Part shown: positions 38,706 through 53,477 of the stretch, one piece after another | How the letters are laid out: every line of letters starts with the position of its first letter | Numbering within the stretch: position 1 is the first letter of the stretch | Source: Octopus sinensis | Taxonomy: Eukaryota | Length of the DNA: 64,000 bases | Direction of reading: 5' to 3' | NCBI RefSeq assembly: GCF_006345805.1 | Contig: NC_043000.1 | Span: forward strand, 121,272,001-121,336,000 | Made by a program: the position numbers and the translations under genes | The notes under the pieces: generated by a model | Told to the model about the DNA's origin: nothing | Seen by the model: the letters and a program-made list of their open reading frames with translations, nothing else | Databases searched by the model: none

Positions 38706-41700
38706 ACGAGATTGACAGGAATATATTGTATACTAAATACATCTCTAAATATAGAATCTACAGAGATACACAGCAGACAAAAGGAAAAACGAAACACTGG
38801 ACGATATTGTGAGAATAATTTAAGATGTTTCTCTCTCAAAGTCAATGCAATATCTGATATGGAAGTAGAACATAGAAAAGGAAACGAATGTTTAATAAAT
38901 ATACAAAACTACAAATGAAATCAATAAAAAGAAACTAGTTTTGGAAATGGTAACACACATAAAACATGTTGAACAAAGAGAATAACACACCACAATAGAA
39001 GCAAACTGGAGAAGACTTACAGAATATTGGCCAACAAAACCAGAACACAAACCGAAATAACAATAAAATGGAATGGAAGAAAGATTTACGAATAAGAATT
39101 TTTAATGTTGGAAAACGTTAACGAAGCTATGGTATAAAAGGTGGAGGTATTTAAATAATAAAATCAATATATCTTCCTATGGACGGTTCAAATTGCTACC
39201 CAAAGGGAAACAAAATCACGATGAAATTTTAAGTAAATTGAAAAATGCAAACCTGGCAACCGTAGAGCCAATGAAGCAGAGAGGAACGTTAATATCCCTT
39301 GGATAAACAAAGTAATACGGAGAGCAGCTACATTTGGTATAGATAAATGTGATTAGGACTCGATATTTATTAATATAGCGTTACAGAACAACAATGAAAC
39401 AGATAAAAATTAATAGTAATGATCCCTCATGTATTTAATCAATCCATAAAGGAACGATGGGAACAAAAGAAAAAAAATTGATATAAATAATACAAAAATA
39501 TATAGTCAGGAAAATAAGTAGTCGACCGCAAAAAAATGTCCGAAAGAAGAATTCCTTGTTACATCGTAAACACTCATTTGGTTTGGAAAATGGAAAATGG
39601 TTCCCCGCACATAAGCGAAATATCGATTTCATCTCAAAGTTCTTTTATCAAGAAGGGTGTACAAATAATTACCAATCAATCTGGCAGCAACAATGAGCGA
39701 TGTTGAATAATTTCTGATAAGGAATATGGACAGCATAAACTCGTGCGGGATCAGATTTTTCAAAGTAAAACCTATTATGGGCACATCTTCATTACCAGAA
39801 GTATCCTAAATGCTACCAAGCACAAATAACTGGACGAAAGAGCACAACTATACGTACACTGATATTACGAATAATTTTTTCAATACAATAGAAGAACATA
39901 AAAGCTGAATTAAGAATTACACACAACAAACTCTTCTGGTTGTGCTGCGAAATCAAGCAATAAAAGTGAAACTACTTGGCATAATGGTGATTATGACGAT
40001 AATGATCATATGGCTGTAAAGATCAACTAAGATTAATAAAGCCGTAACTGAAGACAGCCACAGAAAGAAGAAAGGCCTCAGTATGGCCTGGGTTGACTAC
40101 AAAAAGGCGTTTGATAGCATCCCCCACACATGGATCCTCGAAACACTAGCCATTAACAAGTACCCAACAATCATAAATTCATAGAGCACTCTATGAATAA
40201 ATGACAAACAGTCCTACACCTCCAAACAAAAGAGGGACTCATGAAACCAAAGACATCCCCATTAGAAGAGGATATTCCAGGAAACACGCTCTCTCCACTC
40301 CTTTTCTGCTTGGCACTGTCACCTCTATCTGATATGCTAAATAGAACTGGATGCGGATATAAATGTTACAGCAGCAAAACGATCAGCCACCTTTTATATA
40401 TGGATGACCTAAAACTATACGCTGCAATGACAAACAGCTGGAAACCTATTAAAGAAAGACAGTTCATGGATTTACCAAAGAAATAGATATGAAATTTGGA
40501 TTAGAAAAATGCGCCAAAGCAACCATGAAAAGAGGAAAACTAGTTAAAGAGTAACAACATCACACTAGATAAAACCAATGAAATAAAGATTTAGACAAAG
40601 CCAAACTACAAATACTTAGGATCCATGAACTAGATAAGAAACAACCACACAAATGAAGAGAAATTAAAAAAAGAATATTATAGACGAGTTAGATCAATAC
40701 TAAACACAGAGCTCAATGCTAAAACAATAATAGGTATCACACTTTAGCTGTTCCCCAGTTATATAAGTTACAGCTACAATATCTTAACTGGACACGAAAT
40801 GAACTGACCAAAATAGACAGGAAAACAAGAAAAATAATGACAGGTCTAGGATGCATCACCCAAATCTGACATAGAAAGACATAAATACAACTTATAGAAG
40901 GTGGTAGAGGCCTTATAACAGCTGGAAACTACTATAAAATAACCACCATAGGACTGCAAAAATATCTACTTCAGAAGGAAGGAAAACTGATCCAGATAGC
41001 GCAAAACACGAGCAAAATAAAAAAACTGTTCTCAGTATTTAAGAAGCTGACAAATACAAACAAGAAATCATACCACCTAATAAACATGAAGAAGAAGAAG
41101 AAGATGAAGAAACAACAAAAGCTTAAAACAATGAAATCCAAACTAAAAATAGAACACAGCAACGAACCATGATAAACGATGGCAAGAAAGCCCCTTCATG
41201 GTAAATACTGGACTAAACTAAACGCAAAAGAAATAGACAAAGAAAAATCCCAGCATGGTTGAGAAGCTCAGGACTCAAAGCAGAAACAGAGGGATTTTTA
41301 ATTGCAGCACAAGACCAAAGCCTCCCCACCAGAAATTACAAAAACTGTAATGAAAAGAAATATTACAAGTAACTGCAGAATATGTGAGATGGACAAGAAA
41401 CAATAAATCATATTATCTCTAGCTGCCCAGTCCTGGCTAAGAAGGGAATATATTCACAGACATGACAGAGTTGGAACCTACATACATTGGAAGTTATGCC
41501 AACATTATGGAATAACACAAGAAAAAAGATGTATAGGAACGCACCAGAAAAGGTCACAGAAACGATAAGCAACCATACTCTGGGATATGCGATACACACA
41601 GAAAGAAATTAAGGCCAACTACCATATATAGTTGTCAGAGATCATGAAGGAAAAAATGCTTTCTAATTGATGTATCAATACCGGCTGATGACAACGTGTT

Positions 41701-42030
41701 TCTAAAAAAATGGAGAAACTCTCAAAATACAAGACCTGAAATAGAGGTAACTAGAATGTTGAATCTCAAACAGAAACAATTCCTATCATAGTATGTGCAT
41801 TAGGCATGATAAAAAAATATTCAAATAAATACATAACAAAACACCAGGACTTACAAACACATATAACATCCAGAAAATTGCACTACTAGGCACTGTACAC
41901 CATCCTACGCAGAACACTTTCCATACAATAACCATCAGAGCATCACAACAAATCACAGCACATACCCAAGGCACACAGAGCTGCACTCGGTAGTGAAGTG
42001 AAAGCACGCTATAAAATAAAACTATTGAAT
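38706..42030 (+). mobile_element. R4/Dong-clade LINE, longer copy with RT domain, heavily frameshifted
   Basis: Motifs MAWVDYKKAFDSIPHTWIL, LSPLLFCLALSPLS, SHLLYMDDLKLYA, GLKAETEGFLIAAQDQSLPTRNY and IHRHDRVGTYIHWKLC. The 3' UTR runs into (AAT)n. The 5' boundary is uncertain. Confidence 0.9.
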
Positions 42031-42094
42031 AATAATAATAATAATAATAATAATATAATAAGAAAGTATTATTATTATTATTATACCATTATAA

Positions 42095-42145
<51 letters not shown>

Positions 42146-42580
42146 TATTATTATTATCATTATTATTATTATTATTATTATTATCATTATTATTATTATT
42201 ATTATTATTGTGTGAGAGAGCAGAACATACTATCAAATTGACACCGGAGTAAATATATGAAGCTCAGTATACCCATCATGACTACCCGTATGATAAGCAT
42301 ACACCAGACACATGCTTCACAACCATGCGTGTGCGTCATATTGATCAAGATAAACAGCGCATGGCCTTGCAGGTGGCGCCCAGTGAGATCAGAAACCATG
42401 AGAGCCACTGCCTGGTACTGCGTCAGGGTAGTCGTCATCATCATCACCATCATCCTCGTCGTCGTCGTCGTTGTCTTCGTCGTCGTCTTCGTCGTCGTCG
42501 TCGTCGTCATCATCATCATCATTATCATCATCATCATCATCGTCATCATCATTATTAATATTATTATTAATATTATTATC
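42030..42580. repeat. (AAT)/(ATT)n and (CAT)/(CGT)n arrays around a short unidentified repeat fragment
   Basis: Directly visible. Confidence 0.85.
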
Positions 42581-43740
42581 AAGCGTCATATGTTCTGTTT
42601 CCGTTTAGCATGCCTTTGCATTACGAAATATTTGTGAATTGAATTCAGTATGGCGATATAAAAAACTGGGTTTTTTTCAGATTGTCTTAAAATAACAACA
42701 GACTCTGAATACCATGACAGATATGTTAAAACCCTCTTTTATATGCATTTAAATCCTTCTTCTACATGTAAAATTCATATAGCGAATGCTACGTATTTCT
42801 ACTCATGTTTGTATACGATAGTTTTGTATATGATAATTTTTTGTACAGAATCTCTTAAAATTTCAGACTATTTTCGTTTGTATGTATAACGTATATACGC
42901 ATATGATTATGTTATATCATAACGGTTGTGTTCTTTTCTGATAAAATCAAATTTGGATGGTAATGAAACCCCGGATAGTGGATTGTACTTTGGAATTCAT
43001 GAACAAATATTTTTTTAATTAAATGTTACTTTGGAATGTTTTCGAATATTTTATGAATCTTATTCTGGGTTGATTTTAAATCGTAATTGCTTTTTAAAAA
43101 AGACATGGAAGGGAGGAAATTAACGTATTCTGTTAGTTTTCTCTATGAGCGTCAGACATTATTGAGATGGTAGTATAAAAAAATCCCTTCTGTTATCAAA
43201 ACTATAATACGATTTTAATATCATTTCTATCACTGGAAAAGACATCGATGTTAAACATCGCCATAATATTTGCACATTAAGTGTCATACATTTGCATCTT
43301 GTCATAGCAAAACGAAACACATTGATGTTGTGGAGCGTCCATTTTGAAATACGTGTATGCACATATTTGATGTTGTTCTACATTACAAAGGAAATAATTT
43401 GGCGTGAGTTATTCCCTTAACAACTTCAGGAAATCTATTAACTTCACAATTTCGTTCTTATTTCATATTTATGAAGGACGTGTAATGTTATCCGTACTTA
43501 TGCTTGTTCTGAGAGAGTTTTCCCTATGAAACATATTAGTTCTTTTAAACAAGATGATAATTGTCATTGTAAATGAAATGGTTTCCTTATAGGGCACTTT
43601 TTATCCTAACTTTGTTCTCTTAAAGTGAGGAATGTGTGGCATAGAATTTAATATGAAGAGTATAATCAAAGGAAGAGTAGGTAAAAAAAAAGGTCTGAAA
43701 AATATTATTATATCTGTACTTCTCTCCTCTCTCTCTCATC

Positions 43741-43771
<31 letters not shown>

Positions 43772-43794
43772 ATATATATATATATATACTATAT

Positions 43795-44005
43795 ATAGTT
43801 GAAATTTATAGAAAAACAAAAAGCGAAGACTAGTGTATAAACAATAAGCAGGTGTAGTAGTATGACGCGCGGTAAAAATGCAAAAGTCTTTTGAGTTTCG
43901 AGCCTACGCTCCACGACTGGAAGAGATAATATAAAATAAACAGAGATAGAATGAAAAAAAAACATGTAGAGTTCAGCGGTCCATCTGCGCATGTGTTGGA
44001 ACGAT
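43795..44005 (-). mobile_element. HHR-like-motif element, degenerate copy
   Basis: gtttcgagcctacgctc at 43895-43911 and gagttcagcggtcca, next to (TA)n. Confidence 0.6.
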
Positions 44006-44019
44006 TAACTGAATATTTA

Positions 44020-44290
44020 TACATATATACACATAAACATTTATACATACATACATACATACATAAATACATACATACATACATACATACATACATACAT
44101 ACTTATATACATACATACATACCTACGTACATACATGCATACATACACACATACATACACACATACATAAATACATACATACATGCACATACATACATAC
44201 ATACATACATACATACATACAAACATACATACATACATACATACATACATACGTACATACATACATATATGTACATACACAAACGTACGT
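44020..44290. repeat. (ATAC)n microsatellite
   Basis: Directly visible. Confidence 0.95.
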
Positions 44291-44951
44291 ACAGATATGT
44301 CAATGAGGTAATTTAATATCTTTATATATGTATGTTTATATGTGATCTCGGAGAATAAAATGTCTTATAACAACCCTCAAAATTACATAATTTTATACGT
44401 GTTTCATTTTCCGATAATGATAATATGTAAACGATTACAGAGTTGAAACCCCAGATCTTCAGAGAAACATTACAACTCATACATTCACAATAGAACTTGA
44501 CTAACAGCGCACGAACGAATCTCACCATACATGTATTGATGTAATGCAATGAAAGACAATATCAAACATGCTTCACAGTGGAATCGATACCAAAGCCACG
44601 GGATTGGGAAGTAAGCTTGTTCATTATTCGACCATTTTACTTTCTCATGCAAATGAGGTAATTAATATTAGTACAATATGACATATGAGAGAAGCCAATA
44701 CACGATTGCATTATAGGAGTGTTTTCTCAAAGGGATATATCATTCGTGGGAAGAATCTTCAGACTGCATTCATATGTATATACATATATATATATAATAT
44801 AAGGGTTGGTATACGCCTAGATAGATTGAGAGATATACAGCTACACATAGGCACATACATACAGAATTCACAAAAACGAAGACAAAAGACGAGACAGGTG
44901 GTGCAGGCAACAAACTGATATATTGGTTTAACGCTCGGCAAGTGAAAAAGT

Positions 44952-44987
44952 CTTTAACGTTTCGAGCCTACGCTCTTCCACAGAAAG
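44952..44987 (-). ncRNA. Hammerhead-like motif with CUGUGGA core (best of five copies)
   Basis: Minus: CTTT-CTGTGGA-A-GAGC(GTAG)GCTC-GAAACGT-T-AAAG. Stem I is 4 bp, stem II is 4 bp, palindrome ACGT. A6 is replaced by U and N17 is U. Confidence 0.5.
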
Positions 44988-45066
44988 GAACGAGAAGAAC
45001 AAGGAGAGAAATAAAGGATGTGTAGTCGCTAGCGATCTATCATGCAAATGATTATATATATATATT

Positions 45067-45103
<37 letters not shown>

Positions 45104-45280
45104 TCAGAGATGATAGATAGATACATAGATTTACACACATATATGTATGTATTTTTAAAAATATATGTATGATGCATACATATTTGTAGGTACTTGCGTG
45201 CATTGATTTAGGAACACATTTTAGTTACAATGCGTATTTAACTTGCATGCGCATGCGTATATTTGGACTTGTTTCTTATA

Positions 45281-45311
<31 letters not shown>

Positions 45312-45389
45312 CATAAATACATATTTTAGATTCACTTGCAAATACAGACGACTTTATATTTCTGGGAGGCAATCTGATTTCAAAGAATG

Positions 45390-45699
45390 ATGTAAGAAGA
45401 ATAAAAGAATCTATATCAACGATGAAGGTGAAGGAGGTAGGAGATGGCGGGAAGTAGGATGAGATGAAGAAGAAGAAGAAAAGAAGAAGACAAAGAAGAA
45501 AAGAAGAAGAAGAAGAAGAAGAAGAAGAAGAATTGAGAGAGAAGAAGAAGAAGAAGAAGAAGAAGAAGAAAAGAAGAAGAAGAAAAGAAGAAGAAGAAGA
45601 AGAAGAAGAAGAAAAGAAGAAGAAGAAGTAAAGAATCTATATCAATGATGAAGGTAAAAGAGGTAGGAGTAGGCGGGGAAGTAGGATGGGAAGAAGAAG

Positions 45700-45730
<31 letters not shown>

Positions 45731-45810
45731 GGAAGAAGAAGAAGAAGAAGAAGAAGAAGAAGAAGAAGAAGAAGAAGAAGAAGAAGAAGAAGAAGAAGAA
45801 GAAATAAAGA
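45390..45810. repeat. (GAA)n arrays with a duplicated ~70-bp purine-rich leader
   Basis: aaagaatctatatcaa.gatgaaggt...gggaagtaggatg occurs near 45405 and 45630, each followed by (GAA)n. Confidence 0.85.
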
Positions 45811-46376
45811 CAGAAGTGAAGGATACGAATAAGAAAAGATGAGGTCCGAAAAACAATAACAAGGCAAAGAAGAAGCGCATGAAAGAGAAGCATAAAACTC
45901 AAAGAAATGAAAGATGGTGAGATTTTATTTATTCCTTAACATCGATTAGATATAACATTGCTTGCAGTCACCTCTGTTTGGTTGCGGTTCTAAGAAACAT
46001 GATGCTAAAACATTGAACTAGATGAAAACCAAAACCACGCCACGTACGTGTATATATTAGAATATATATACACAATACATACATACACGCACACATATAT
46101 AAATGTATGTATGTATATATATGTATGTATGCATATAGATACATATATATATGTAATGGTAAGTATGTATATGTATATATTTATATGGATGTATATTGAT
46201 ACATACATACATACATATATACATACACGCACACACACACACACACACTTATATATACGTATACATATACATATGATTGAATGTAGATACATATATATAT
46301 ATATATGGAAATGTAAGTATGTATATCTATATATTTATATGGTTTTATATAGATACATACATACATACATACATAC

Positions 46377-46480
<104 letters not shown>

Positions 46481-47445
46481 GTATGAATGTATGTATAGAT
46501 GGAATTACATGAAAGTACATAACGCTACATAAGCACATCTAACCCGAAGGTCAATCTGTTCCGGTCAGCAAGTTATCTCTCAGGTGTTTGTTCTAGTGTA
46601 TATTTCTTGTAATCTTTCTTCAAATAAATATATATCTAATACTTTATTTCCATGGCCGCTACAGTATTTATTAAGATGCCATTGGGATATGTATATTCAT
46701 TTAATATAATAATATCGCTGCACAGAAATATAATCACCATTGTATCAAGAAGGGTATGTGTTAACTTCAAAAATATGAAGAAAAACCGGAATATATGCCT
46801 AAATGTAATGCTTAGTTTTTGTAGCGCCGTCTCGTTTCTTGCTGAGTAGTTTATCAGTTGAGACGTTACTGGGGAGCTGTGGATTATTGTTATTATTTTA
46901 AGGAGCAAGAAGACCAGGAAACTTTTGGAAGATTCATAAATATAATAAAACGATAATTTTGAGTCTGAAGAATGACGATGTTAGTTGAGAGATTATCTTA
47001 ATATAAGATGGATTAAGAAAGAAAAATTAGAAAGATAATAAATGATTGTTTTATGAAATTCATTCGTAAGTCCATTACGGCGCCCCTACAGCTCAACCGG
47101 TGCTTCTTTTACCGTCCCCGAAAGAAGAAAACCGGCAGAATTGCGACTCAGAACGTAAAATCCGAATACTTACAAAGCATTTGAAGTGTGATTCTGAATG
47201 TGATGTAGACAATCTAGCATTACGTAGCCCTACATTCCGATCGACCTCTTGGTGAAACAAACTTACAGAAATACGTAAATATATTACATCTAGAAAAGCA
47301 TATATAACTCGTAAATCTAATTAACCATGTTGCTGTATATTTCTAATCCAAAAAGTTTTTAATCCATAAGCACCAGGCGTTATGCACCGATTATAAAGAG
47401 TGAAAAAGTCTTCTATATTACGCTGTTTGCCGGTTGAATCTTGAA

Positions 47446-47686
47446 GAAATACCTATTTCTTTACTACGCACAAGGGGCTAAACACAGAGGGGGCAAACAA
47501 GGACAGACAAACGGATTAAGTCGATTACATCGACCCCAGTGAGTAAGTGGTACATATTTAATCGACCCCGAAAGGATGAAAAGTAAAGTCGACTTAGGCG
47601 GAATTTGAACTCAGAACGTAGCGGCAGACGAAATACCGCTAAGCATCTCGCCCGGCGTGCTAACGATTCTGCCAGCTCGCCGCCTT
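47446..47686 (-). mobile_element. SINE family A
   Basis: Reverse complement of the conserved unit. Confidence 0.9.
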
Positions 47687-48599
47687 ATGAAACTTGAAGA
47701 AATACCATTTATAATAATATATATTTTAACCAGTGTCGAAAAAAATTACTTTCCACATCTTGTAAACGGAGCTATTTTGGATCTAATAAAATTCAGAAAT
47801 ACACGTCATAGGAATGATTTTTCTAGTTCTGTGTTTCATAAACAAACTTTTTTCTGAACATTTCTGATGGAGTTTTAAATATCCCCAATATTTCCTAAAG
47901 GAGAGGACTTTCAATAGTTGTCCATTCGTAAACGTTTTAGAATAACTTGAACGCGACCAGTTAAATAACTAAACCAAAAATGTTGCTGGAACTAATGAAG
48001 TATTCGTAAATTATTAATATTATAGTTTATGCATGGCTTCCTTAGAGGTAAAATGAGTGTTTTAATACTGAAGCCTTAAATTCATTTCGTCTCTTACAGC
48101 GTAATATTTTCAAAAGTTTGGGTGGAGCATTCGTTAATGAACCGGCACTACAATGCAATAAAATATTGTATGAATTCCTCTTTGATTACGAGTGCAGTCC
48201 TGTAACTTCGACTTGGCATTCATGCAATGTATATTTTACAGAAACTACACCAACATATCTGTGCTGCAATAAACGCTAAGCCAACAATTATCAGGTGATA
48301 TTTTAACAAACAACGTTTCCTATGTTATTACTGATATTAACGTCATCGTCGTTTATGTTTATTATATATTACAGATAATAATATTATCATTAATGTTTAT
48401 TATATATTGCTGATATCAATGCTATTACCCTTGATATATATTATATAATATTGCGCTTATTGTTATTGTTAGTAATAATTTTAACGAGTAAATTATCTTC
48501 TTAAATAATGTCTTCGTAGCTAGTTAGATATAGTAATCATCTGGTAGGAGAATATTTGTCAGCGTCGAAGCGAGAATTGCACTAAAATATGAAGAATAC

Positions 48600-48791
48600 A
48601 AATGATGATAATGATGATGATGATGATACTGACGATAAATGATGATAATGGTGATGTTGAATAATACGACAATGATGACGATGATAATAATAATAAGAAT
48701 AATATTAATGATAATATAGATAACAACAACAATAATAATAATGATAATAATGATAATGATGATGATGATGATGATGATACTAATAATAATA

Positions 48792-48837
<46 letters not shown>

Positions 48838-48857
48838 GAAGAAGAAGAAGAAGAAGA

Positions 48858-48905
<48 letters not shown>

Positions 48906-49010
48906 ATGATGATGATGGCCAAGATGATGATGATAATGATTATGATGATAACAGCAACAAGAATAAAAATCGTGAATACCAAAGATAGATAATAATAATA
49001 ATAATAATGG
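48600..49010. repeat. (GAT)/(AAT)/(AAG)n compound microsatellite
   Basis: Directly visible. Confidence 0.92.
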
Positions 49011-49337
49011 CAATACCAACTTATATAAAAAAAAACAGCATACGCCCACGTATACAAACAAACATACAATAAACAGCTAATAAAAAGAGAAATCTTTCCA
49101 GCGAGATCGTTAATTTGAAAAGTGGGCAGCGTTCTTCTATCAAACATCGGAGGTTATGTGACACTAATTGAATAATTAGTGTACTCTGTTAAACTACTAT
49201 TGGCTTTTGTTCAATTAACGAAGTCCATATATTTACCAAAAATTCGATTAGGGAAATGAATTAAACAAATACAATACCCACATACAGAAGATATATACAT
49301 ATACACAGACGTAGACACACACACGGGCATATGTATG

Positions 49338-49406
<69 letters not shown>

Positions 49407-49989
49407 GCAATAATGTAAAATTGTGAGTGTGTGTATACAGTTCCGAATCAGGATTAGGTAAACGTGTATGTATTTGTATGTGTGTGTAGGTTCCATGTAA
49501 TAAAAAAAAAAATAATAAAAAGGAGCCAAACAAATTAAATGGTGATTTACGGGTTTTCACACACATTTCATAAAATCTAAATTATGCTTTCTTATTAACA
49601 TAGCGATGTTTGCTATGTGTTTGGCTCTGTATGCGTTTGAATGAGACTATGTGAGAGTGTGTACATGTGGATAGTTTTGTGTTTATGTCTGCGTTGACTG
49701 CGAGTATTTTCGTAATGATTCTTGCTCTTCCTCTCTTTTTGTTTTTCCTTTTTACGGTCTCCTCTTCTTTAGCATTGGCGATGATTTGTTCTGTACGGTA
49801 ATAAACAACAGCTACAATATAACGATGTCTTAGGTGTTCTTGGTCACGATACTACCAGACCATATGTTTCGCATAACCTTCTCATAACCAACAGCTCTCT
49901 CTTTACTCCATTATATAAACATATATTCATATTCTCATATACACGATGTATATGTGCACCGTGTATAGGTAATAAATATTTAAGATGTG

Positions 49990-50205
49990 GGTATAGACTT
50001 AACGTAGTTTTAAGGGAGACACAGCGTGACACAGAATGTAACATGGGTGGTCATTTGAAATGAAGGTGCTACTTATTTCTGCCAGTTCAGTGGATTGGAG
50101 CAACGTGAAATGAAATATCTTGCCCAAGGACACAACGCGTTGTCGGAAATCGAAATCATGCCCTTACGATCGTCTGTCGAATATCTTAACCTCTAAGCCA
50201 AGAGC
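49990..50205 (-). mobile_element. Decayed tRNA SINE
   Basis: cttgcccaaggacacaacgc...cttaacctctaagccaagagcct is the reverse complement of a tRNA head plus CORE-like segment. Confidence 0.65.
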
Positions 50206-50219
50206 CTAATCAAATATAC

Positions 50220-50714
<495 letters not shown>

Positions 50715-50751
50715 CTCTCTATATATATATATATGTATGTATATATAAAAT

Positions 50752-51349
50752 AGGACAAGAACGGAGAGTTAGGTGATACAAACATGGGACAACAAAACAT
50801 CCAAATAGACATTACAAAGAAAACAATGAATGTTCATTCGAAGTTGTCTTTTCTCAGTCAATTACCAGATTACCTTCGCAATTTCGGCTGATTATACTTG
50901 AGATTGCTCCAATCTGGCTAGCCCCAAGGCAAAACTAAGCTAAGAGTATTGGACTCCATGGAAGAAAGCAGCTAATACCAGCGTACGTAGTATTTGCTCT
51001 CTGTGTGTATACATATATATATATATAAATATGTACTTACCTACAAGGCCAAAGAGGGTACGGGCGCCGCTATATATATTATAAGTTATTACTATTATTG
51101 TTTTTTGTATTTATATTCGTGTGGCATCGTCCGTTTTTCTGTCCTTGTTTCGTATACATTCGATCCTTTTTCCAAGAAATCTAATGCTCGTAGCTTAGTT
51201 TTTCCTTGAGGCTGGCCGGATCGGAGCGATCTCAAGATTAATCAGCCGAAATTGCGAGGATGATCCGGTTCTTGACTGAAGATTGAAGGCTTCGAATGTC
51301 CCGTCCGTGTTTTTTGTATCGTCTTCTAAATGTTTTACGTTCTTGTCCC
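50752..51349. repeat. Diverged inverted pair of an unidentified repeat around a (TA)n spacer
   Basis: cgcaatttcggctgatta (50877-50894) is the exact reverse complement of 51239-51256, and similarity extends ~200 bp per arm. Confidence 0.8.
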
Positions 51350-51375
51350 AGTTGTATTTTTCTACATATAATATA

Positions 51376-51408
<33 letters not shown>

Positions 51409-53189
51409 CACGTCTATATATATATATATATATATTTGTGTGTGTGTGCATGTGTATGCGTGTGTGTATTTATGCGTGCGTGTGTGTACAGAACCAGCTA
51501 TTTAGATGCGCATACTTCTAACTATCGCTGGATGGGAGACTTTAGGTGGTTCTTCACTTGAGTATTCGATTTGGAGAAAGCGAAAATCAAATACAATGGA
51601 TCAAACATTATTTTCATCCGTCACGTCAGTTCGTGCTTTTGTGCTGTTCATAATCGTAGGTGGATAACTACATATTCGCAATATTTCTATACGTTGTCAT
51701 CTATTCAACATATTACGTATTTTGTTTATACATCGTATTTTCTTCGATGCCCTATGGCATATATCCTGAACTTTTCAACGCTATCGTCATGTTATTAGCA
51801 AATTGTCATTTCCTCTACATTCGTGCTCTCCGATTTATTGAAACGAGTATATAGACTTGATTCTCTCTCACTCTTTTGTTTGTATCTGCTGAGTGTTAAC
51901 TGTTTTGATACGATATGTTTGCACTGCAATTTTAGATATAAGAAAATAAGATAGAGGGATCTCAACGTATTGCTGCAAATGACTTCAGACATTTCACACG
52001 GTGTATTATCTGTATATCTATAAACGGCAAATTTTTATCTAATGTTTTTTCTCCAGTGCCGTTTAAGGGACGGACACAGTTGTAGGTTAAGAGACCTGAG
52101 GATGATATCATAGATGTAATATTTCGTTCATGGCCACTGAGTACCGGCAAATTGAAAATACATAGGGATGCCAGTTGTTAAGAAATGTAATGCATCTTTA
52201 TTGTACTTGACAGAGTAAGGGAAATCATTTTAACGTGATAAGATTACTCGTTTCAAGTTCATTATCGAAATGTCTATATCTATAAACGGCAAAATGTCTG
52301 TGTATCTGTGTGTCCTTTATACAAATACACAGTTTTTCACGTAAAAGGCTCGCATTTTCAAAACTGTCTAAGGGTGGTCGTAAAGATCTTTTCATTTCTC
52401 CAGTCACCGCAGAAAGCCATTAAAACAATCGATAAACCGGCCCTTTATGCCTATAAGTTGTGGGCATATCCATTCAAAATCGCTAAAACATAGTAATGTT
52501 TTCGCGGTGCATGATTACATTTAGATACGCCAATAGACTGCCAGCTGTTTTTTGATTGGACGGAAATAATTTTACCCTTGACAGTTGAATGTGCGTGCGC
52601 ATTTGCAGACAGCCTGTATGACTCAACGCATTATTGTGTTTTGCGAAGTCGCGTTATCATGTCTTTTGGCTTTCAAACGTGCACGCTTTTTTGATTTGAG
52701 AAATGCTGGGAATAATTAACGAGTTAGACCAAGTGAATGACAAGAGAGCGTGATTTTCATGAAAGACCGAATAGACTTGATTAGCACTAGACCCAGCAAC
52801 GCCGGGTCATAGTGTTAGTTATCTGATAAGAACATTGCAAATATAAGGAACTCCACATCATTAAATAATGATGGACCCTCCCGTTAAATATGATATATGT
52901 TAGTGCTCAGCTTCAGGCCGAATGTGATCAAATGTATGCGCTGTAAATTAGTTCAATCCATATATCAAATCGACGTTGCCTGAACAGGTGAACTGTGTAC
53001 ATCCTGTCAGGTTTCAACAGTGATCGTAGAGCAACGTGAAATGTAGTGTTTTGCGTATGAACACAATGTAACCATTGGACATCACGATCGTGAGATCGTA
53101 TGTGCAATATCCGCACAACCAGGTCAAAAGTGTTCTCAATAATAATAACAACAACAATCATAATGGTTTCAAATTTGTGAGGAGGGAAT

Positions 53190-53355
53190 GAGTCGATTAC
53201 ATTGATCCGAGTGCTCAACAGGTACTTATTTTATTGACCCCGAAAGGATGAAAAGCAAAATCGACCTCGGAAGAATTTGAGCTGAGAGCGTAGCGACGGG
53301 CGAATTACCGCTAAACAATTCGTCCAGCACGCTAAAGATTCTAACAGTTCGCTGA
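53190..53355 (-). mobile_element. Decayed SINE family A relative
   Basis: gaccccgaaaggatgaaaagcaaaatcgacctcgg core. Confidence 0.75.
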
Positions 53356-53477
53356 TTTCTATAATAATAATAATAATAACATTGGATACTGTACGACGTC
53401 TTGATTAATAGTTATTATCGTATCATTTCTACTATAGGCACAAGGCCTGGAATTTGGAGGTAGAATGCAGGATAGTT

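Noticed and set aside
51270-51305. CTGAAGA...CGAATGTC
   Set aside because: GAAA is broken, there is no stem I, and it is not conserved in the inverted partner.
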